Assembly (NCBI GenBank): GCA_028023455.1
Contig: JAQFVV010000010.1
Coordinates: 1,922,001-1,986,000 of the forward strand
Origin: Epiperipatus broadwayi
Taxonomy: Eukaryota > Animalia > Onychophora
Direction: 5' to 3'
DNA length: 64,000 nucleotides
The notes beneath the pieces are model-generated. The model was not told the origin of the DNA. It did no database searches and saw nothing but the letters and a program-made list of their open reading frames with translations. Shown here in pieces: positions 54,620 to 64,000 of this stretch. How positions within the stretch are numbered: position 1 is the first letter of the stretch; each line of letters opens with the position of its first letter. Position numbers and translations under genes: made by a program.

Positions 54620-57050
54620 AACCTCCAGTGGCCCATTATGTTAGACAAATTATCTCTACATGGAAACCAAGCTTCTTCATTCTTCTAATAATTCTCATCC
54701 TCTTAAAATTCCTGAATTTGTTTTGATTATTGATAAAACGCATTTTAAACCTGGTACTTTTCTTTCAAATTATCTTATAAGGCAAACAATTTCTATTGAA
54801 AATAGTTTAAATAATAGAGTGTTAATTATTCAGTTAAATAATTTTTATATATGCAGTATTTACAAACCTCCTATTACAACCGACTCTACCTTCCTTTCTT
54901 TAATCTTTTTACAACTTCTGTATTTATAAGAGATTTCAATTCTCAAAGCAGTTTTAGGAATATGTAATTGAGGATCATGAAGATTGATAATTTGACAACT
55001 TTTAGAATGAATAGATTTAAACAATATATATTTAGTTTACAATATCAAGAAAGGAGAAATACTACATTGATATAGATAAGGAACACAACTCCTGATTTAT
55101 GCTGAACTACTAATATTGAATCATTTAACCTGTAGTCAATATAAACTAAGTCTAATTACTCTTAAAATCCACATTCTTATAATTAAAAGTTTTTTTGCTC
55201 TGAGAATTTAAAGAAAATTAACTGGGGTCAATGTACTGAATATACAGAATTTTTCCAATTTTGTCTTTGTTATGATAAATTTAACAAACTTATAAAAAAG
55301 CTTACAAAGGATCATCTAATGGGTATTGAAACCAAATCATTCTAGGTTAGTTTTTAAAATAAATTGTTGTCTTCCAAAAATCCAGAAATTGCTGATAAAC
55401 TTGTAAAATGAGTGAATGTTACTAGAAAAGAAAAATGGAAAAAAAAATCAAAGAGAAGCAAAATTGTGCAATATCTAGTTATAAGACCTGGTCACTTTTA
55501 TATAAGCATGGTGGATGTAAAAATACTTGTAAAAGAGTTATTACTGTCATTGCTAATAAAGTTGCCAAACTTTTATATCAAACATCTAAACCTAGGAGAA
55601 ATGTCATTAGAGTATAATTGCAGGCTTCTCTTCACAATATTGCTTCAGCATCAATCTGATAAAAATAATAGATATTGGTGAATTTGTATCTATTCTCAAT
55701 TGTCTTAAATGAAGAAATTGAATAATTTCAGTATTTTCAAAAAATTTATAATCTAAAGCCAAAGTATGATTGGAAAAACTATTTAGTAACATTATTTTTA
55801 CAGAAACTTACAAAAGACGTACAAACAAAACTATAGCAATCTTAAAACCAAACACAGCAAGCTAGAGTAATCAATGGATGCCAGAAGGCTTGTGCATAAA
55901 ATCCCCATCTAATGCCTACTCATCCAATATCCCCAGACTAGTTTCTGGCTTATGGCCTTCGTCATTGAGGAGCCTTGGATCTGAGAGCACTAGATGGGGA
56001 TTTTATGCACAAGCCTTCTGGCATCCATTGATTACTCTAGCTTGCTGTGTATGGCAATATATATAGTGAGTTTTGCCTGTTTTAACAACAGTTATACACA
56101 AGCATAAGAGGTGGTGGTCATGTGATGTTTATTGGCTTAATCTTAAAACCAAATAAATCTAGCAATGATCAAAAAAATTACTGCCCAATATCATTATTGT
56201 GTGCTCTCTACAGACATTTTGAAAGAATTATATTAAGAATTTTTCCCAATAGTTGAGAACCATCTACCTATAGAACAAGCTGTATTTAGTCCAGGGGGAA
56301 ACTGCTATCAAAAAGTTTTATTTTTAATCACTCACTTTGGAAAAGGCTTTCAAAACAAATTAAAAACTGATGTTGTCTTTATTGGTAACCTCAACTTATG
56401 ATTATCTTTGGGAAAATTTTTTTTTAAAATTTTCTAAAATTCTTAAATGCAGAAAAATCATTAGTTTACTTGATAAAATGTCTCCAGTAAAAAATTCAGA
56501 TGACCCTAACTGATAACCATAGTAGATATAAAATGTTAGAGAATAGTATTCCACAGAATTAATTTGTGTCACCTACTTTATTTAAAATATTTATCAGTGA
56601 TTTTCCTGAAACAAAATGCAAAACATTATGCTAATGATAATGTTTTGACTTTTCTTTTCCTAAAATAAAAAAAATCTCAGTAAGGATATGAAAAGATTAT
56701 AATTTTTTTTCAAAATCTGGAATCTTATTTTTAATCTAATGAATTTAATATGCTCAATTTTTAACCTAAACAAATCAAAGCATCTAATAATCCAAATATT
56801 TTTTGCAATAATAAACTGAAATACAATCCTACTACCCCATGTTATTTAGGTATAATCTTGGATTGTAAACTGATTTATTTTTCTTATTTATCTAAAATTA
56901 CATCAAAATTAATTTCTAGAAATAATCTTTTTGGAAAGCCAGGTAGAAGTTGTTGGGACTGTGATATTCTTTAGTATTAGCATATTCTTCTGGTTAGCAT
57001 TGTGCCAAAAAGTTTCCACAATAAACTTCTGGGTACTCAAAAATATCACA
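54620..57050 (+). mobile_element. Decayed LINE ORF2 (APE + RT), interrupted by hammerhead repeat at 55853-56138
   Basis: NNFYICSIYKPP (APE). Removing the insertion restores KTIAILKPNKSSNDQKNYCPISLLCALYRHFERII...LPIEQAVF (RT domain 0-1). Confidence 0.8.
55853..56138 (-). mobile_element. Hammerhead-bearing hairpin retro-insertion (subfamily A), 286 bp, 15-bp TSD
   Basis: TSD AATCTTAAAACCAAA at 55838-52 and 56139-53; perfect 59-bp inverted arms at 55853-55911 and 55991-56049. The loop contains a minus-strand hammerhead: ctcctca-ATGACGA-aggc cataa gcca-GAAA-CTAGT-C-tggggat. Confidence 0.9.
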
Positions 57051-57069
57051 TTCAAGTTTATTCCTTGGC

Positions 57070-57450
57070 TGTGGTTTTTTATTCCTTCACATCTGGAAGA
57101 GAAATTTGCTTCACAAAAAATGTATAAAAATCTGTTAAACAGATTGAAATTGCCAATAACTTAAGATATAGTTTCACTATCTAGATCCAACAATAAAATC
57201 TTAGTTGCAGCTGAATTCTTGTCAGCAGATTCAGGCAATCTGCTTTATAAATAGGATTTAAGAATCATTGATCTATATCATTGAGGTACAAACACAAACC
57301 GTGAATCACACAATTATGGCTGTCTAATCTATTGTTCATTGGAAGAATGGAATGATTTAATTAAGCCACTAGTGAATCTTTGCTTTCATTGGAATCTTTA
57401 CAGCTTTCTTTATAATATTTTATTAATAGTTAAACTGTCTAAAAAATAAT
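57070..57450 (-). mobile_element. Decayed LINE RT fragment (homologous to 35030-35560)
   Basis: Nucleotide similarity to 35040-35560. Confidence 0.55.
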
Positions 57451-58009
57451 AATAAACCCATGCATTAAATAGTGTGAATAGTTGTTGAATCTATCACTTT
57501 ACCATTGTATTAAATTGTCAGGCAAAGAAATAACTAAACAGAGATTGAAATTATTTGCATGCATTTTCTTATACTAATCTCACACAGTGTAAGGACATTT
57601 ACCAAAGTATCACATTTCAATGAATACATCTAATATTAATAGAGCTTTATGAAATATATAAAAAGACTTTTATATTTTATAAACACCTTTATCATACTAA
57701 TAATAATGATGATGATGTTGCAATTGATTTAAGTAATCAGGGAATGAATTAGTTATAGAGCTAAATTCCCACAAATGATAAACAAATAAATATATGTAAA
57801 TATATATTGGATATGGTATTTTGCATGAAAAACCTTTGACCTTATTAGTCAGACAGTAACTTTATATCAGAGCATTAACCATTACTCTAGTCCTCAGAAT
57901 ATTCTTTTCTTTTTGTATAAACTTTCTCAGCAATATTTCTACAAACAGGAAAATTTGCTTGTTTGCATTTTAACGATTTATATGATTTGGAGTTATCTGT
58001 AAAATTTAG

Positions 58010-58822
58010 ATCAGTCTCTTGTCGTTTGTATCCTTTGATCTATTGGTTATAGATAATTCCATACTTTCACTGAGGTCTGAGTTTATTTGTCCGAAACCCT
58101 ATTTGCAAGCTCATATGTTTGAGTGGGAATAATAGCCTCTTTGATTAAATTATTTATCTCCTAAATTTTAATTTTTCAATCTGTTTACAAGCATTTTAAT
58201 TATTTAGGGTGTCATTTCCACCTTTTTTTATTGTTAAAAGAAAAACATCATTTGTCTTTAAATTATCTTTAAGTTAAATTTAGAATCAACTATTTTTTAA
58301 CTTTCAGAAAATATTTTGTATTTAACACAAAATAACTATACAATTAGTTATAGCGTATGCATTTGTAATATACATTTAATTTTATTTATAAAAAATTATT
58401 AAATTTCTACTTTTATCAGTCTCTTGTTGTTTGTATTCTTTGATCTATTGATTATAGATAATCCCATACTTTCACTGAGGTCTGAGTTTATTTGTCGGAA
58501 ACCCTATTTGCAAGCTCATATTTTTGAGTGGGAATAATAGCCTCTTTGATTAAATTATTTATCTAAATTTTAATTTAGCAATCTGTTTACAAACATTTTA
58601 ATTACTTTTTTTAGGGTGTCATTTCCACCTTTTTTTATTGATAAAAGAAAAACATCATTTGTCTTTAAATTATCTTTAAGTTAAATTTAGAATCAATTAT
58701 TTTTTAACTTTCAGAAAATATTTTGTATTTAACACAAAATAACTATACAATTAATTATAGCGTATGCATTTGTAATATACATTTAATTTTATTTATAAAA
58801 AAATTATTAAATTTCTACTTTT
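58010..58822. repeat. Tandem duplication, 2 x ~405 bp
   Basis: Unit 58010-58414 (ATCAGTCTCTTGT...AAATTTCTACTTTT) is repeated at 58415-58822 with few differences. Confidence 0.95.
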
Positions 58823-59039
58823 AAATTTTGTTCTAATTTTTTTATATGTGAATATGATGTATATTTATGTGTGCGTATATATAGCATCATATCTCCAAAA
58901 TCCACTAAAAAAAAAAAGATTTTTCTGGTTAATACAACATAATACATATATTTAAAAATTAGTCATATAAAAAAAAAAACATCTTATATATCTGAACTCT
59001 TGGTTACTCCTAAATGGGTGTAAATTTTGGGCATTATAT

Positions 59040-62000
59040 ATTCTTCTTATACCCTGTTAGTCCTCCAGTAGGAAAGCATCTGCAATTTCTTTTAATTGTG
59101 AATGGCCTTTCATACAATGTGAAAAATTTTTTGTATTGACTTTATGCTGGGTTAATGGGGGGGGAGGTGATCTGACCAACACTTGGTCACCCATATTGAA
59201 CTGACAAGGTGTTTGTGCTTCTTGTCTTCTATACTTTTCAGCCATCTCTTTCAATTGAGTGTGAGTCTTTTTGATCCTTTACTATATTTAATTCTTCTGG
59301 GATGACTGGTAATACTGTTTTTATTATTTATGCATCATGGTTGACAAAATGTAGCATAGAAGTGTAAAAGTAATTGATTCATTATATGTCCTGCTAATGT
59401 AGTTCATTATCATTTGTGTTTGGTTAACCCAGATCCAATTATTCTTATTTGCATATAACTGGAATAATCGGTTAAGCTCTCTCATGAATCTCTCACCCAT
59501 ATTGAATTGAGGATTTCTGATTGATGCCATTATATGAAGCATTCCATTTTTATTCATTCATGTTTTTCATTTGTTAGACATAAATGGAAAGTCATGAGAT
59601 TGCTGGTTTGTAAGACTAATGGTGCTTCTTGCATCTTTCCAGGCAGTATCATATTTAGAAAAGAAATCATACGTTACCACCAAATATTTAAATTGTCAAA
59701 AGGCTGGCAGTGGTCCATAGTAATTGATAGCCAATATTTTATTAAGTGCTTATGGTATGATAGGTTGATTGATTCCTTTTTAAGACTTATTGGGCAGCTT
59801 TGTTTTGGAGCACATCTGACATTTCTGCAATATGGAGAAACTATTAGAATACATACTTGGCCAATTTTGAAGGTGTTCCTTAAGACATGTTCCACCTTCT
59901 GCGACCTATAGTACCTGTACAAACAATATATATAAATATGTATGTGTGTGTAATTGAGTGTACTCACATCTTTTTAAGAATGAGCAACTTCCAGGCATTG
60001 TTAGGATAGTTAGTTCTACACCACAACAAATTATTTATTTTATAATGGTGGTATATTCTCTGCTTTTGTTCTTCACCTGCTCTATTTTCAACATGTCAAA
60101 TATGTGTGTATAGTCATGGTCAGTCTTCTGGAGGTTGCTTAAATTTTTGAGGTTCACCGAATCATTTATGGCTAGAGAAGATAGTATTTATTCTTATATT
60201 CTCCAGTGAGAGACTTTGTTTTGGAGTTCTATTGAGTATTGTCTGCTCCAGCACAGTGAATTACTTTATAATTGAACTTCTGCAAGAACAGACTCCATCA
60301 TATTAATCAGCCATTAATTAAGTAGCCGCTGTTCAGAATTTCTAGGCACTTATAGTCAGTAATAATAATTAATTAACTCTGAACCCAAAAGAAATTGTTT
60401 AAATTTTTCACAAGCCCATTATGGCCAGTACCTCCTTTTCAGTTATAGTATACTTTAGTTCTGCATCTTTCATGGGCTTAACTGCTAATGTGCAGCATTT
60501 TCAGGGGCTGTCCTTCATTCATTTGGAGCAATATGGTCCCTAATCCATTTTTGCTACTGTTGGTCTCTAGATAAAATGACTGACCAAAGTTTGGATGTGA
60601 CAATATAAGTTTTCAAGAAGTTTTCCTTAACCATCTGGAAATCAATATCCTGTGTGGGTGACCAATTCCACTGTTGTGCCTTGCATAGTAATCTAAGTAT
60701 TGAAGCTGTATGTTTTACAAAATTCAGATAAAACCAGTGGTAAAAGTTACATAGCCCCAAAAAGGATTTCGTTCCATATTTGTTGTTTTAAGAAATTGTT
60801 GAATGGCTAAAATTTTGTCTGGATGTGACATAATCCCTTGCTGATTGATTAAATGGCCTAAGAATGGGATTTTCTCCTTCATAAATTGACTTTTCTGAAG
60901 ATTTATTATATTTTTTTTTGTTGCATTCTTGGAAAAACCTGGTTAAATGTTGCACATGTTCCTCCACTATTTGTGATTTGATAATGACATCATTCTTGTA
61001 TAAGATGGTAACCTCTTTCAACTCTTTTGACAAAACCTTGTCTAAACATCTTAATAGAGCTGCACCATTATTGATTACCCTGAATAATACCCACTGGAAG
61101 ACATATGTATATCCACATATTTGAAAGCAATATACCTTCAGTCCTGGGTATGCAAAGGAATTTGCCAAACGCTGAAGGTCAGATCAACTATGGTAAAGAT
61201 CAACTTGTCCTTGAACTTTAATAATACCTCCTGAATAGGAGTTGGAACATTCCTCTCTGGTATAGTAATAACATTTAAATCCCTTGTATCTAAACATAAT
61301 CTAAGAATCCCATCCTTTTTCACAATTACTAATGGATTGTTATAAGATGATGATTTCAATTACCCCCACTCAAGCATTTTCTATAATTGTGCTTCTACTT
61401 CTTTGCTGTATTGAAACAGGACTGGATAAGTGTGTTTCTGAAAATGTGTCTCCTCTTTGACATGGATATGGTGCGCATACTATTGTATTTCTCCTCATTT
61501 ATTGGAAAACACAGTTGAGTATTTCACTAGGATTCTTTTTAAATTTTCTTGATCCTGTATCATAATGAGAGCTGACCCTTTCACTTTCAGTTGGATCTCA
61601 TTGATTATTTTAGGATTTATACTATTTACCTGTACCAATCCTTTTTTCTCATCCAAAAATCCAAATTGTTTATTGTTATGACTAATACTGTCTTGATAAT
61701 TAATTGCATATTTATATTTGTATAAGAAATTGGATTCCAGAATTATCTTCCTAATTTACCTTGACATTATCAAAAACACATAACTAACTATTGCAGACCC
61801 TATTCATATATTCATCCTTACTTGAACAGTCTCAGTCCTAGCTTTTTTTTCATTAGCCAAGATTATTTGGACCTGCTTAATTGGCAATGTTGATAAATAC
61901 TGGCCTTGAGCTTTAATTTGTCCAAATAAATCCATTGAGATCAAGGTAACCTGGCTGTCCATATCCAGTAGCACTCTGGTTTGCAGTCCTTCCACTAATG

Positions 62001-62150
62001 GATATGCTTAATAATCTTTCTTTGATTCTATTTTTTTATCCTCAAAACTCATATTGCCCATCACACCAGGGAACTTCCTTTTAGTATTATTATGGTTTCT
62101 CCCTTGATTTCATGTGCAAAATAATGCCCTTTTTACTAAGTCCTGTTTTA
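59040..62150 (-). mobile_element. Degenerate Ty3/Gypsy pol (protease-RT-RNaseH-integrase order)
   Basis: VLLDMDSQVTLI (protease, 61804-61995), SSYNNPLVIVKKDGILRLCLDTRDLN and DLTFSVWQIPL (RT), YKNDVII (YxDD), MGLCNFYHWF (RT thumb/RNaseH), integrase remnants at 59057-59967. Confidence 0.9.
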
Positions 62151-62762
62151 CTTCTTTCCTCATTGATTCATCTCTTCCATATATTTTTTTTAGATCCGGT
62201 CGATTTTCTTTTATTTGTAAATTATTTTTATTGAGCATACCCATTAAATTCTGACAATTTTTATTTACAATTTTCATTCTTAGGTTCATCTACATCTCTG
62301 TTGGTTCATTGGTCTTCATATTGGAATTAAAAGAATACACAAAATATAAACTCTATTTTCCAAACTTAATTCAACATTCTGCTTTATAAAATTGTATTAG
62401 CTATAAACTTTATTAACTATTAATTCTTTATTTTTAATTAAATATCTATCCCACTCTGTCTTACTTTAGCTGAACACATGCCAAATTCCCACCAAGGTTC
62501 TTTCTTTGCCATTATATTTATGTCCTAGTTTTAACTTTCTAATGTCCCCTTTTACAAAAATATCTTTTATATATATCACACAGGATATATTATAACACAG
62601 CAAATGTACAATCACTTTTTCTTTTAAAATATATATGTTCTACAATAATATCAACAAATTAAAACTCCTTCTCCTTTTTTTCTTCAAAAACTTTATTTTC
62701 TTATATCAATACTGAACATATATATAATACAAAACTCCAATGTTTCAACTGTTTTTATCTTC

Positions 62763-64000
62763 ATACAGTCATTTTCAAGGATCTGCAATAACAATATGAA
62801 ATACATATTTATAAATAAACCTCAATTACATAAATACCTTCATCTTACATTAACATAAATAGTAACAAATATATTAAACATACATAATTATATTTTACTT
62901 ACATCTCTCTCCCACAGCTATTTTTTATTACTCTTTCTTTTACATTATTTAATTATAAATCTGTCTTAAAATCATCCAAGAAACTTTTTATACAAATTTA
63001 AAAACCAACCCTAATTTCAAATAACCTCACCCTCTCACCCTTTTTTTTTTAAACCTTATCTAAAACCCATCTCAAAACTATATTCCTAAACTAAAGCTTT
63101 AAATTAATGTAAAACAAATATAAACATCTTTTTTTATACAAAAAAAACTTTTAACAATTTACCTAAACCTATTTAAATATTCATTTTAATTATACATTAT
63201 TTTAGATTCCTTAACTACTCCATTAATTCTATTTAAAGTAGGATTATATTTTTTTATGTAAAAATATTCTTTTACCATCGTTTCCCTGTATTTTTTAACC
63301 CTTTCCAACATTTAATATTAAATTCTTTATAACCTAAAACTTTACAATGTATGTAAATGTATGTAAAACTTGACTTAGAGAACATTTATATGACAAAAAT
63401 TCAAATATTTACATACATTGTAAAGTTTTAGGTCATAAAGAATTTAATATTAAAATGTTGGAAAGGGTTAAAAATTACAGGGAAAGGATGGTAAAAGAAT
63501 ATTTTTACATAAAAAAATATAATCCTACTTTAAGTTGAATTATTTGAGTAGTTAAGGAATCTAAAATAATGTATAATTAAAATGAATGTTTAAATAGGTT
63601 TAGGTAAATTATTAAAAGTTTTTTTGTATTAAAAAAGATGTTTATATTAGTTTATATTCATTTAAAGCTATAGTTTAGGAATGAAGTTTTGAGATGGGTT
63701 TTAGATAAGGTTTAAATAAAAGGGTGAGATGGTGAGGTTATTTGAAATTAGGGTTGGTTTTTTTAATTTGTATAAAAAGTTTCTTGGATGATTTTAAGAC
63801 TAATTTGTAATTAAATAATGTAAAAGAAAGAGTAATAAAAAATAGCAGTGGGAAAGAGATGTAAGTAAAATATAATTATGTATGTTTAATATGTTTGGTA
63901 CTGTTTATGTTAATGTAAGATGAAGGTATTTATGCAACTGAGGTTTATTTATAAATATGTATTTCATATTGTTGTTGCAGATCCTTGAAAATGACTGTAT
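62763..64000. repeat. Long inverted repeat, arms >=598 bp, 44-nt loop (63361-63404), right arm runs off the window
   Basis: 62763 ATACAGTCATTTTCAAGGATCTGCAA pairs with the window end TTGCAGATCCTTGAAAATGACTGTAT, and pairing is colinear up to ctttacaatgtatgtaaat / atttacatacattgtaaag. Confidence 0.95.

Noticed and set aside
58065-58105. CTGAGGTCTGAG...CCGAAAC as a hammerhead-like motif in the tandem repeat
   Set aside because: The core is not CTGANGA and no consistent stems can be drawn.
1-64000. CRISPR arrays, operons, prokaryotic defence systems
   Set aside because: No regularly spaced repeat-spacer array or dense ORFs. Spliceosomal introns and eukaryotic TEs show this is eukaryotic DNA.

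Overview
AT-rich, CpG-depleted eukaryotic genomic DNA, invertebrate-like in my judgement. There are no prokaryotic features and no CRISPR array. A single + strand intron-rich gene is visible as five phase-compatible coding exons (2752-2831, 32743-32898, 38248-38413, 46600-46669, 53056-53167). They encode a Cys-rich putative zinc finger followed by tandem leucine-rich repeats, and the gene probably extends beyond both window ends. The rest is intronic transposon debris: a near-complete but disrupted LINE (APE-RT-CCHC), several RTE and other LINE fragments, one recognisable and two heavily decayed Ty3/Gypsy elements, a hAT (Charlie/SPIN-type) transposase relic, a hAT MITE with an 8-bp TSD, a deleted mariner, and three copies of a tRNA-derived SINE. 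The most notable signal is a dispersed family of short, non-coding, inverted-repeat retro-insertions (11-15 bp TSDs). They carry minimal type I hammerhead ribozyme motifs with palindromic stem III and covarying stem II, resembling Penelope pseudo-LTRs or retrozymes. About seven copies are present, and two with intact cores bracket the LINE. Several long unexplained fold-back hairpins also occur. All calls were made by eye, without database searches or folding software.
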